DNA from: Copranaerobaculum intestinale
GTDB taxonomy: Bacteria > Bacillota_I > Bacilli_A > Erysipelotrichales > Erysipelotrichaceae
Assembly: GCF_009831105.1 (NCBI RefSeq)
Contig: NZ_WUUQ01000006.1
Coordinates: 30,001 to 62,000, forward strand
DNA: 32,000 bases
Direction of reading: 5' to 3'
Shown: positions 7,466 to 16,601 of the stretch, one piece after another
Layout: every line of letters begins with the position of its first letter
How positions within the stretch are numbered: position 1 is the first letter of the stretch
Translations under genes and position numbers: made by a program
The notes under the pieces: generated by a model
What the model saw: the letters and a program-made list of their open reading frames with translations, nothing else
What the model was told of the DNA's origin: nothing
Database searches by the model: none

Positions 7466-9547
7466 ATGAGAGACTATTTAGCCCATGAAGTTCGCAATGT
7501 ATCAGTTTTAGGACACAGCGGTGCCGGCAAGACAGCGGTGCTGGAAGCGATGCTCTATTTTACCAAGGCAACAGATCGTTTTGGAAAAACCAAAGAGGGA
7601 AGCTCTTTGATCGATTATGACAGTGAAGAAATACGCCGCGGCATTAGTGTTTATACATCGCTTGTGCCGATTGAATGGAAAGAGAATAAAATTAATTTTA
7701 TCGATACACCAGGTTATCTGGATTTCGTCGGTGAAAGTGAAGCCGGCGTTGCGGTTGGTGATAATGCGTTAATTGTAGTAGGTGCGAAGGATGGTGTGCA
7801 GAGCGGTACCCAGAAGGCATGGGAAGAAGCGCAGTCGCGTAAGCTGCCGACGATCTTCTTTATCAACAAGCTGGATGAGGAGAACGCATCCTTTGACAGC
7901 GCCTATCAGAATCTGCGTGATGTATTTGGAAAGGCGGTTATTCCATTTGAGGTACCAATCGTTGAAAATAATGAAATTATCGGTTCTGTCAATATTTTAA
8001 GAGATAAGGCATGGTATTATAAGGGACCTTTGGCTGATCCGGAAAAAGCCCAGCCGGTACCTGAAAATATGGTGGATGTGGTAAACGGATATAAAGATCA
8101 GATTGCAGAAGCAGTCGCCATGGGTGATGATGAACTTATGGAGAAATACTTTAGCGGAGAACCGTTCTCAGAGGCTGAATTGACGCGCGGGGTGCGCATC
8201 GGTGTTCGCAGCGGTGAAATTCGTCCCGTATTCAGCGGCAGCGCCGTTCAAAGCATCGGCATAGAACGTTTGATGGATCTGATTGTGAAGTATTTCCCTG
8301 CTTATGGTGAAATGGGAAGCTTTGAAGCAATGGATCTGGCTAAGCATGAACCGGTGATCTTAGAGACGAATGAAAAGGAAACTATGACTGCGCAAGTATT
8401 CAAAACAATCATAGATCCGTTTGTCGGCCGCATTTCATATCTGAAAGTTTGTTCCGGAGTGATGAGTGCTGATTCGCAGGTGTATAATCCAAAACAAGAT
8501 CGTACCGAAAAGATCTCACAATTGTTTATTATCAAAGGAAAGCATCAAACCGCTGTCGGGAAATTGTTTACCGGTGATATTGGAGCGGTGGTAAAGCTTC
8601 AGAGTACGCTCACTAATGATACCTTGTGTGATAAAGACAGTCGTATCGTACTAGCAGATATCCCGTTTTCTGAACCGATGCTAGGTCAGGCAGTTTATCC
8701 GAAATCAAAGAATGATGAGGATAAGATGAGTAATGCCCTGCAGCGCATGTGCGAAGAAGATCCGACATTGAAATTGATCAATAATAAAGAAACCAGAGAA
8801 ACAGTCTTATATGGAGTTGGTGATCAGCATATTGATGTTGTATTAGCCAAACTAAAATCAAAATATAAAGTGGAAGTAATCCTGCGCGATCCTAAAGTCC
8901 AGTATCGAGAGACCATTCGTAAAAAAGTAATCGGTGAAGGGCGGCATAAGAAACAAACCGGCGGACACGGACAGTTTGGACATGTGTTCGTAGAGTTCGC
9001 GCCTAATCCGGATGAAGTGGAAATGGTGTTTGATGAAAAAGTATTTGGCGGAGCAGTGCCGCGTCAATACTTCCCGGCCGTTGAGACAGGCCTTCACGAA
9101 TGCTGTGAAAAGGGTATTTTGGCAGGATGCAGGGTTGTCAATATGAAAGCAACGCTATTGGATGGAAAGTATCATGATGTCGATTCCAGTGAAATGGCTT
9201 TTAAAATGGCTGCACATTTGGCTTATAAGGACGGCATGACAAAGGCTGAACCGATTTTGCTGGAGCCGATCGTCATTGCCAGTGTAAAAGTACCGGATGA
9301 ATATACCGGCACGATTATGGGTGATTTCAACAAACGCCGCGGTATGATCATCGGTATGGATCTGCAGGACGGCTATCAGCTGATCAAAGCAAGTGTGCCG
9401 CAGGCTGAAATGATGAAATATCCGATTGAGCTTCGTGCGATGACCCAGGGACGCGGAACATATACACAGGAATTTGATCGTTATGATGTTGTTCCTCAGA
9501 ACATTGCAGAGCGTGTGATTGCCAGTGTAAAAAACGATAGTGAGTAA
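7466..9547 (+). CDS. Elongation factor G paralog (EF-G2-type translational GTPase)
   Basis: 693 aa. G1 GHSGAGKT (housekeeping EF-G has AHIDAGKTT), G3 DTPGYLDF, G4 NKLD. The EF-G domain IV/V region is present (HKKQTGGHGQFGHV, YHDVDSSEMAFKMA). It is not in an rpsL-rpsG-fusA-tuf context. The start is 14 nt after the ankyrin stop, with SD GGAGGG. Confidence 0.9.
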   Translation: MRDYLAHEVRNVSVLGHSGAGKTAVLEAMLYFTKATDRFGKTKEGSSLIDYDSEEIRRGISVYTSLVPIEWKENKINFIDTPGYLDFVGESEAGVAVGDNALIVVGAKDGVQSGTQKAWEEAQSRKLPTIFFINKLDEENASFDSAYQNLRDVFGKAVIPFEVPIVENNEIIGSVNILRDKAWYYKGPLADPEKAQPVPENMVDVVNGYKDQIAEAVAMGDDELMEKYFSGEPFSEAELTRGVRIGVRSGEIRPVFSGSAVQSIGIERLMDLIVKYFPAYGEMGSFEAMDLAKHEPVILETNEKETMTAQVFKTIIDPFVGRISYLKVCSGVMSADSQVYNPKQDRTEKISQLFIIKGKHQTAVGKLFTGDIGAVVKLQSTLTNDTLCDKDSRIVLADIPFSEPMLGQAVYPKSKNDEDKMSNALQRMCEEDPTLKLINNKETRETVLYGVGDQHIDVVLAKLKSKYKVEVILRDPKVQYRETIRKKVIGEGRHKKQTGGHGQFGHVFVEFAPNPDEVEMVFDEKVFGGAVPRQYFPAVETGLHECCEKGILAGCRVVNMKATLLDGKYHDVDSSEMAFKMAAHLAYKDGMTKAEPILLEPIVIASVKVPDEYTGTIMGDFNKRRGMIIGMDLQDGYQLIKASVPQAEMMKYPIELRAMTQGRGTYTQEFDRYDVVPQNIAERVIASVKNDSE

Positions 9548-9554
9548 ATACCTT

Positions 9555-9581
9555 AAGACCGATTCATTTCGGTCTTTTTTT
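9555..9581 (+). terminator. Rho-independent terminator of the ankyrin/EF-G2 operon
   Basis: AAGACCGA-TTCATT-TCGGTCTT followed by a T-run. Confidence 0.8.
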
Positions 9582-9674
9582 AAGCAGGAAGGTTATCAGG
9601 TATTTTTCAATATCTGTGTTTCTTGCCTGATTATGCTTAAAGCGCTAATGCAAATATCAAATCATACAGGTATT

Positions 9675-9711
9675 AAAAAAACGGATTCCTTGATCGTGAA
9701 TCCGTTTTTTG
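9675..9711. terminator. Bidirectional terminator (serves the minus-strand carboxypeptidase gene)
   Basis: ACGGATTC-CTTGATCGT-GAATCCGT, flanked by an A6 run on the left and a T6 run on the right. Confidence 0.75.
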
Positions 9712-9714
9712 TGT

Positions 9715-11220
9715 TTATACCTGATATATAGAACTGTATTTCTGAATGAGATAATCGATATAATATTGCGGATTGAATGGTTCGCCGGTTACCCGCTTTA
9801 AAATTTCTTCGCTTGGTAAGTAGGAACCATATTTATGAATGTTGTCATGCAGCCACTTTGCGATTACCTCGAAATGATTTTGTGCGAGCAGGGAATCGAC
9901 ATCCAGGTCTTTCATCATTTGATGATAGAATTGCGCGCTGAAGGCACTGCCGAGTGCATAAGTCGGGAAATAACCGATCTGACCGCTGCCCCAGTGCATA
10001 TCCTGTAAAATACCCTCAGCTGGATTAGCTGGACGTATTCCTAAATATTCTTCATATTTATCCGCCCAGATCTGATCCAGATGATCAAGCGGCATGTCCT
10101 CGTTGAAGATGGCTTTCTCCAGTTCATAGCGGATCAAAATATGAATCGGATAGGTCAGCTCATCCGCATCAGTACGAATCAGCGAAGGATGAGAAATATT
10201 GATTTGTTTCATGAAGCTGTCCAAATCCACTTTGCCGAGCTCTTGAGGAAACAGCTCCTGCAATGCAGGATAGTTGTTGACCCAAAAGCTGCGGTTTCTG
10301 CCGATATAATTCTCCAGCATTCTGCTTTGTGATTCATGAATGCCCATACTCATATTTTCACCGAGCACATGGGTATTGTCATATTCAGAATCTACCTGCA
10401 TACCGTAAAGTGCGTGACCGTACTCATGAATGATCGAGAAAATGCTGCTGGTGATAAAATCCTCATCGTAGGCAGTTGTCAAACGGGTGTCGCCGGGGCC
10501 AACCTTCATCGTATACGGATGCATTGAAACACCCATATAACATTTGCTTGCGTCAAAGTGCAGATATTCCTTAACAACCTCTATGAAAGCCGCCTGTTTC
10601 TCAGCATCGAAGTGCTGATGCATCGCTGAATCATCGATTTGCTTACCCTCTTTACCGATTTTTTGGATAAAGGGAAGCAGCTCCTGTTTGATTTTGGCAA
10701 AAAAAGCATCGTATTTTTTGATGTTCATTCCTGGTTCATAATCATCTAAGAGCATATCATAGGGTGTGCCGTTTTCAGCTCGATAGGAAAGCAGTTTTTT
10801 CAATGCCTGAATTGTCTTTTTCAGATATGGCTCAAAAATAGCATAATCCTTTTTTTGCTTGGCTTCTTCCCAAGCTACAGAGCTATCTGCAATCAGATTT
10901 TGATAAGCCACATATTCCGCTTTGGGGATAATGCGAATATCACGAAGCAGCCGCAGCCGCTGCCGTACGCTCTCTTTTGTGATGTCATCCAAATCGTCCA
11001 GCTTCAGCATCGCTTCCAGCTTTTCGAGATTTTTCGGATCGGTCATATAGCTGAAGGATTCACCTTCCAAAATGGATGTCAGCTTATTGCGCATCGCTGC
11101 GCCGGCTTTTGGGGCAATCGTCGTTTTATCAAAGTAAATGATAGAATTTGCCAGCTGATACGCCGCGCACATTTCTTCATAGTCTTGATAGAATTTCACA
11201 TAGTCATTTGTATTCATCAT
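9715..11220 (-). CDS. Carboxypeptidase M32 (Taq-type metallocarboxypeptidase)
   Basis: Zinc motif HEYGHALY, plus HESQSR and IRTDADELTY family motifs. Start set at ATG 11220 (MMNTNDY, SD AGAGGTGAAA) rather than the track start at 11265. Confidence 0.9.
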   Translation of the reverse strand: MMNTNDYVKFYQDYEEMCAAYQLANSIIYFDKTTIAPKAGAAMRNKLTSILEGESFSYMTDPKNLEKLEAMLKLDDLDDITKESVRQRLRLLRDIRIIPKAEYVAYQNLIADSSVAWEEAKQKKDYAIFEPYLKKTIQALKKLLSYRAENGTPYDMLLDDYEPGMNIKKYDAFFAKIKQELLPFIQKIGKEGKQIDDSAMHQHFDAEKQAAFIEVVKEYLHFDASKCYMGVSMHPYTMKVGPGDTRLTTAYDEDFITSSIFSIIHEYGHALYGMQVDSEYDNTHVLGENMSMGIHESQSRMLENYIGRNRSFWVNNYPALQELFPQELGKVDLDSFMKQINISHPSLIRTDADELTYPIHILIRYELEKAIFNEDMPLDHLDQIWADKYEEYLGIRPANPAEGILQDMHWGSGQIGYFPTYALGSAFSAQFYHQMMKDLDVDSLLAQNHFEVIAKWLHDNIHKYGSYLPSEEILKRVTGEPFNPQYYIDYLIQKYSSIYQV

Positions 11221-11332
11221 TTTCACCTCTAAGGGTATTGTACCCGAACTTATAAAAATACTCAATTTTTAAACTGCTGAATATTGAAATATTTGTTATA
11301 ATAAATATATATCATGGAAAGAAGGTGAAGAC

Positions 11333-11794
11333 ATGTATCAGAAGTGCGTAGATATGCTGCATAGCCGGGGTGTACAGCTGCAGGATATAGCGGACTGCGT
11401 CATGTTTCTGCAAAAGAAATATCAGCCGGGGCTGACCAGTGAAAAGTGTATGACGGCGATTGATACCGTGCTTCACAAGCGGGAAGTCCAACACGCGATT
11501 ATTACCGGCATCTACTTGGATCGTGCTGCCGAACAAGGAATCATGGATGATCATGATTTGGAACACATATTGATGAATGACAATCCGCTGTATGGGATTG
11601 ATGAAGTGCTCGCTTATGGAATCTGTAACTTGTATGGTTCGATCGCCCTGACAAATTATGGCTATATTGATAAGGTAAAGCCTGGGATCATCGAGAAACT
11701 GAATATCAAGGGTGAACAATGCAATACATTTTTAGATGATATCGTGGGTGCGATTGCGGCTGCCGCTGCATCAAAGCTGGCTCACAATGTATAA
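11333..11794 (+). CDS. Phosphatidylglycerophosphatase A family protein (B. subtilis YutG-like)
   Basis: Close resemblance throughout to YutG, for example PLYGIDEV, YGSIALTNYGYIDKVKPGII and TFLDDIVGAIAAAAAS. Confidence 0.8.
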   Translation: MYQKCVDMLHSRGVQLQDIADCVMFLQKKYQPGLTSEKCMTAIDTVLHKREVQHAIITGIYLDRAAEQGIMDDHDLEHILMNDNPLYGIDEVLAYGICNLYGSIALTNYGYIDKVKPGIIEKLNIKGEQCNTFLDDIVGAIAAAAASKLAHNV

Positions 11795-11817
11795 CTGACG
11801 TCGAAAGGGGAATCGAA

Positions 11818-12243
11818 ATGAAGAAGCTGCTGATCATGTCCTGCTGTCTGTTGGCAGTCATGACTGGATGTAAAAAAGAAACAAAAATGGAAACAGAACA
11901 TGTCGTGCAGCTGAGCGCGGAAGAGGTCAATAAAAAGATACGGCGCAAAACCGGATCTTTCCTTCTATATCTCACGACTGATGAGTGTTATTCCTGCAAT
12001 GAATACGACAAAGTGCTAGCGAAGCTCCAGAAAAATGCATCGTTTAAAATTTATTTTGTGCTGGTTGACGATGAAGATGAGGAGCAGCTGCGTGAATTAA
12101 AAATGACACTTGGCAATTATGAGACATTGCCGATGACCTATTATATCCAGGATGGAAAAGTAAGCAAAGAGAATACAAAGGCAGGATATATGGAAAAGGA
12201 TGAATACAGGAAATGGCTGCAGAAATTGGACGTCATAAAATAG
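11818..12243 (+). CDS. Lipoprotein, thioredoxin-like with a CxxC motif
   Basis: Signal peptide and lipobox MKKLLIMSCCLLAVMTGC. CYSC motif in a thioredoxin-like context (LLYLTTDECYSCNEYD). Confidence 0.65.
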   Translation: MKKLLIMSCCLLAVMTGCKKETKMETEHVVQLSAEEVNKKIRRKTGSFLLYLTTDECYSCNEYDKVLAKLQKNASFKIYFVLVDDEDEEQLRELKMTLGNYETLPMTYYIQDGKVSKENTKAGYMEKDEYRKWLQKLDVIK

Positions 12244-13028
12244 AATCAACGATAGATGTGACTGCTTCGAAAAGTGATATCATCGAGATGCTGGAAAGCA
12301 TGGGCGTACAGCGGGGAATGCTGCTGCTGGTTCAGGGGGATATGCGCCGTTTGGGCTATGTGTGCGGTGGTGCGCAGGCATTGATTGAAGCATTGATGGA
12401 AGCAGTTAGCTATGAGGGAACGATCGTAATGCCTGCCTTTACGGATTCGCTCGTTGATCCAAGCTGTATGCGTAAGCAGGTGTTGGAGCGTGACTGCTGG
12501 GACGATGTTCGTCATGCAGCACTGCCGTTTGATCGAAAAAAAACGGTAGATGGATTGAAGGATACTCTGGCGCTGCAGTTTATGCGAAATGAGGGGGTGC
12601 TTCGTTCTTATCATCCTTTACATTCTTTTCTTGCATGGGGAAAATATGCGAAGGTGCTATGTGATAAGCATCCGCTGCATTTCTCATTGTCGAAGGATTC
12701 ACCCTTGGGACGGCTATATGATATGAATGCGTTTGTTCTTGAGCTGGGTGTTTCCTACCGAAACTGTGTAGTGTTCCATTTAGCGCATTATTATGATGAA
12801 ACGGAGCCGATTCATGTGGTGTGTGCGCCAATTGAAAAAGGCCAGCGCATGATTTGGAAGGATATGCTCGATCTGGATTTTGACAACACCGCTTATGAAA
12901 CACTAGGAGAAATCATGGAAGACCGCAATATCGTCAAAGAAGGCTTTTTGAACCGCGGTTTATGCAGACTTTTCTCAGCCCGTGAAGCAGTGAATATTGC
13001 CAATGCATATTTTCATATTCAAAAATAA
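12213..13028 (+). CDS. AAC(3)-family aminoglycoside N3-acetyltransferase-like protein (B. subtilis YokD-like)
   Basis: LLLVQGDMRRLGYVCGGAQALIEALMEAV..GTIVMPAFT and HPLHSFLAWGKYA...SPLGRLYD match the AAC(3)/YokD pattern. The start is uncertain: ATG 12213 overlaps the upstream gene by 31 nt and has a weak SD. Confidence 0.75.
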   Translation: MAAEIGRHKIESTIDVTASKSDIIEMLESMGVQRGMLLLVQGDMRRLGYVCGGAQALIEALMEAVSYEGTIVMPAFTDSLVDPSCMRKQVLERDCWDDVRHAALPFDRKKTVDGLKDTLALQFMRNEGVLRSYHPLHSFLAWGKYAKVLCDKHPLHFSLSKDSPLGRLYDMNAFVLELGVSYRNCVVFHLAHYYDETEPIHVVCAPIEKGQRMIWKDMLDLDFDNTAYETLGEIMEDRNIVKEGFLNRGLCRLFSAREAVNIANAYFHIQK

Positions 13029-13056
13029 ACGCCTGAGATCATTTCAGGCGTTTTTT
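13028..13056. terminator. Shared terminator hairpin between convergent genes
   Basis: AACGCCTGA-GATCATT-TCAGGCGTT followed by TTTTTT. The 3' arm overlaps the last codons and stop of the minus-strand GNAT gene. Confidence 0.7.
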
Positions 13057-13580
13057 ATGAAATCTTTTTTACGTGCGCTGTAGATCAGATGCGGCATTTC
13101 AATATCGTAATAATGCTTTGTAAATTTGCCGCGCACTTCCATGCTATTGTTGAGGGCAACATTGCGGGAAGCGATATTATTTTCGCGGATGATGGAATAT
13201 ACTTCATCAAATTCCAGCTGTTTAAACGCGTAGATACGGCAGGCACTGGCAGCTTCTATCGCGAAACCCTGATGCCAGTGGTTACGATTCAGAAGATAAC
13301 CGATTTCCGGTACTTCTTTTCCCGGGATCTTTTGCATGGTAATTCCACACTGTCCGATCACTTCACCGGTTTCCTTCAGCACGACTGCCCATAATCCAAA
13401 GCCATCCTTCTGATATCGGATGATCTGATGAGTGATCCAATCTTTTACTTCCTGATCGCTGAATGCGTGTTCGTATGCATACATCGTTTGTTCATCTTGC
13501 AGGATAGAGGCAATTGCTTTTGTATCACGCATCGTCATTTCCCGCAGCATAAGGCGGCTGGTTTCCAAAATCACATGCAT
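13044..13580 (-). CDS. GNAT family N-acetyltransferase
   Basis: 178 aa with the RimJ/RimL-like pattern LETSRLMLREMT...GLWAVVLKETGEVIGQCG...WHQGFAIEAASA. Confidence 0.8.
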   Translation of the reverse strand: MHVILETSRLMLREMTMRDTKAIASILQDEQTMYAYEHAFSDQEVKDWITHQIIRYQKDGFGLWAVVLKETGEVIGQCGITMQKIPGKEVPEIGYLLNRNHWHQGFAIEAASACRIYAFKQLEFDEVYSIIRENNIASRNVALNNSMEVRGKFTKHYYDIEMPHLIYSARKKDFIKNA

Positions 13581-14458
13581 CAGATATCAATTCCTAAAAA
13601 TTGTTTTACCAAAAGACCGATAACAAAGGAGATAACCGCTACACCTAAAGAGATACACGCCATTTCTAAAAAGCGGGAGGAGAACTTATAATCCTTTGCA
13701 ACGCTGATATAGTAATTGAAGAAAAAGATAATCAGCAATACGATCGCCAGCATTGTCAACAAGGCATACAGATACATCTCATTTCCAAAAATGAGATATG
13801 GGGTTACCAGCAGCACAACAGTGATCAAATAAGCAATACCGGTATATATACAAGATTTTAAGGCATTGGGATTGCCGTCAGCCCGTTCAGCCAGATAGTT
13901 GCTTGCGGCCATGGAAAGGGTTGCGGAAATACCAGTGATAATACCGGACATCGCTACTAATCGAGTATTGGTAAGGGCAAATGTCATGCCGGCAATGGTG
14001 CCGGTAAGTTCAACCAGGGCATCATTCAAGCCCAGTACCATGCTTCCTACATACTGTAGCCGCTCTTCATCCAGCATATGGATGATGGCCTGTTCGTGGC
14101 CGCGTTCATCCTTTTCCATGGCGATTGCTTCGGGAAACTGCTTGATCATTACATCGTATTCCTGCTGCGCAAGTTGCTCATCCTTTTGAATAATTTTTAA
14201 GACAAAGGTAAAGCCGAGCAGGATACTCAATAGATTCAATCGGAATAATTTGAAGGAATCCGGCTTTACCTCGGTGTTTGTATAATGCTTCCAAACTGCC
14301 GCATGATCATTTTCATCCCGCGACATCTGTTCCAACAGCCGGCGGTTTTCCTCGTGCTTTTCACGCTTTGCCATTTTCTGATACAACAGTGCTCCGGTTA
14401 CTTCATCCCGCTGACGTTTTAGCAGCAATGTTCTTAATTCCTGACTTAATTCCATCAT
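13580..14458 (-). CDS. VIT1/CCC1-family iron/manganese transporter with N-terminal ferritin-like domain
   Basis: The N-terminal region is ferritin/rubrerythrin-like (EVTGALLYQKMA...ENDHAAVW...ERGHEQAI). It is followed by VIT1 motifs (VLGLNDALVELTG, SMAASNYL) and TM helices. Start set at ATG 14458 (SD AAGGAGGGA) rather than 14524. Confidence 0.85.
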   Translation of the reverse strand: MMELSQELRTLLLKRQRDEVTGALLYQKMAKREKHEENRRLLEQMSRDENDHAAVWKHYTNTEVKPDSFKLFRLNLLSILLGFTFVLKIIQKDEQLAQQEYDVMIKQFPEAIAMEKDERGHEQAIIHMLDEERLQYVGSMVLGLNDALVELTGTIAGMTFALTNTRLVAMSGIITGISATLSMAASNYLAERADGNPNALKSCIYTGIAYLITVVLLVTPYLIFGNEMYLYALLTMLAIVLLIIFFFNYYISVAKDYKFSSRFLEMACISLGVAVISFVIGLLVKQFLGIDI

Positions 14459-14668
14459 GATCCCTCCTTTATGTTCATATGCTTGATGCTTGAATCGTGT
14501 TTTCCTAGCGGACAATGTCATCATTTACAAGGATAATCCAAATCATCAATTTGCTCCTCTTAATCTTACTTATTTTAACGTAATTTTGATCAGAATACCA
14601 TACATTTCCTTTTATGTATGAGAAGTGAAGCAGGTTTATGATAGAATATAAAAAAAGGAGGAACCAAT

Positions 14669-15301
14669 ATGAAAGTAGTATGTTTTGGAGATTCCAACAC
14701 ATGGGGATATAATCCGATGGATGGCTCCCGCTATGATGAAAAGACGCGCTGGCCAAGATTGTTGGAACAGTACGGAAAATTTGAAGTAGTGGAAGAGGGG
14801 CTGAACGGCCGGACAATTTCTTTTGAAGATCCGTTGAATCCTAATCGCTGCGGGCAGAAGATCTTACAAATGGTGTTAGAGACTCATAAACCATTCGATG
14901 TTTTGATTATCATGCTGGGAACCAATGATATGATCGAAATGCACCATTGTGACAGTATGTCGATTGCGACCGGGATTCGTAATTTGATTCGAATTGCCAA
15001 GAACCCTTATCTGTGGGAGGATTATCCGATACCGGAAATTTTGGTGGTTGCCCCGCTGTTATTTCATCCCTGTATGGAAAATGTGCCGGATATGATTACC
15101 TATTATGGGACAGAAAGTTTTCAGAAAGCTCATGAGCTTCCTGACTATATGAAAGCATTTTGTGATCAGTACGGCTGTCATTTTATGAACGCAGCCGACT
15201 TTGCCTGTGCGTCTGAAATAGACGGTGTTCACTTGGATGAAGAAGGACATGCGGCTTTAGCACGTGGTATTGCGGCAAAGCTGCTTGAGATCGGCGCATG
15301 A
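14669..15301 (+). CDS. SGNH/GDSL hydrolase family protein
   Basis: Block I VCFGDSNTWG, block III GTNDM and block V DGVHLDEEGH. SD AAAGGAGGAA. Confidence 0.85.
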   Translation: MKVVCFGDSNTWGYNPMDGSRYDEKTRWPRLLEQYGKFEVVEEGLNGRTISFEDPLNPNRCGQKILQMVLETHKPFDVLIIMLGTNDMIEMHHCDSMSIATGIRNLIRIAKNPYLWEDYPIPEILVVAPLLFHPCMENVPDMITYYGTESFQKAHELPDYMKAFCDQYGCHFMNAADFACASEIDGVHLDEEGHAALARGIAAKLLEIGA

Positions 15302-15669
15302 TGAAAAAACTGACTTTGGTTTTGCTTGCTTTACTGATCAGCGGCTGTGGATTCAAACGGGAAACCGCTATTGAAGCCGTCAGCAACTATGACAAGGGAG
15401 ATGAAGCTGAACTGAAAACAGTTTGGCATGATAAGCATGCCAAATTGATGAAGGTAAAGACCGGTATCTATTACTTTTTGTTTGTGAACGGAAAAGAATA
15501 TGTAAGCGAAGTTCACATCAAACACGAGGATGATGGTCGGCTGGATATTCGCTATGAAACAACTTCAAAAAAAACATCGGATGCTTTTATTCTATATAAG
15601 ATTGATGCTCAGAAAGAAATAACCGGAATTCAAATTTATCAAAACGGCGGGAAAGTTTACAGCGAGTAG
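15298..15669 (+). CDS. Lipoprotein, unknown function
   Basis: MMKKLTLVLLALLISGC lipobox. ATGA overlap with the upstream stop codon. Confidence 0.6.
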   Translation: MMKKLTLVLLALLISGCGFKRETAIEAVSNYDKGDEAELKTVWHDKHAKLMKVKTGIYYFLFVNGKEYVSEVHIKHEDDGRLDIRYETTSKKTSDAFILYKIDAQKEITGIQIYQNGGKVYSE

Positions 15670-15727
15670 ATTAAACAGTGAGTGAAAAGCACATATTCGG
15701 GAATACTATCGGCAAGGATGTGATAGT

Positions 15728-16498
15728 GTGCTGAAGAAACCATTGTTGATCAAAGTGAGTTTATGCTGTATCGGCTTTCTCGCTTTTGTTTTTGCTTTAA
15801 ACGCGGTCGGAGGTCCGTATCTGAATGCGGTATTTTCAAAGGAAGCATCGGTTGTGTCCCAGCCGAAAAAGAAAGTGATGTATCTGACATTTGATGACGG
15901 GCCTTCTCAAAATACCCCGGAAGTATTAAAGATTTTGAAGAAATATAAGATTCACGCAACCTTTTTTGTAACCGGTGCCGAGTTGGATTACGCTTCTTAT
16001 ATCAAACAGGCGTATGAGGAAGGGAATGTGATTGGCATTCACAGCTATTCGCACGAGTATGATGAAATTTATCAAAGTGAATCAGCTTATCTGGAAGATC
16101 TGCGCAAAACCAGTGATTTAATTTTGGAACAGACCGGACATAAAACAAATCTGTTTCGGTTTCCCGGCGGTTCCAGCAATACCGTATCAAGACGTTATAG
16201 TCCCGGTATTATAACTGCATTGACGAAAAAGCTGACAGCGTGCGGTTATCAGTATTATGACTGGAATGCTTCTAACGGTGACGGCAATCCGAACCTGGAC
16301 AGCAATACGCTGGTAAATCAGGCGCTTCGAGAAACAAAAGGACTGGACGAGGTAATGATGCTGATGCATGACGGAACCGGTAATCACGCAACCGTAGAAG
16401 CGCTTCCTATCTTAATTGAAGCATTTCAAAAACAGGGCTATACGTTTGAAGTAATTCAAACGGGAACAGATGGTTTTCATCATCATATCGCAAATTGA
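15728..16498 (+). CDS. Polysaccharide deacetylase (NodB homology domain), membrane-anchored
   Basis: N-terminal TM helix, then YLTFDDGPS, HSYSH and RFPGGS motifs. GTG start with AAGGA 9 nt upstream. Confidence 0.85.
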   Translation: MLKKPLLIKVSLCCIGFLAFVFALNAVGGPYLNAVFSKEASVVSQPKKKVMYLTFDDGPSQNTPEVLKILKKYKIHATFFVTGAELDYASYIKQAYEEGNVIGIHSYSHEYDEIYQSESAYLEDLRKTSDLILEQTGHKTNLFRFPGGSSNTVSRRYSPGIITALTKKLTACGYQYYDWNASNGDGNPNLDSNTLVNQALRETKGLDEVMMLMHDGTGNHATVEALPILIEAFQKQGYTFEVIQTGTDGFHHHIAN

Positions 16499-16601
16499 TC
16501 ATAAGCATTTCATAGATGCAGCTCGATTTCTAGTTTAGATTTTCACAAAGACGTGTTAAAATTGACATAACAAACATAGGAGAACAGGGGTTGTTTAAAA
16601 A

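Noticed and set aside
9540-9731. 63-aa ORF, or a possible small RNA, in the 100-nt gap between the EF-G2 terminator and the bidirectional terminator.
   Set aside because: The ORF starts inside the EF-G2 stop region without an SD and reads through a terminator. I could find no convincing promoter or stable structure in 9583-9674 to support an sRNA call.
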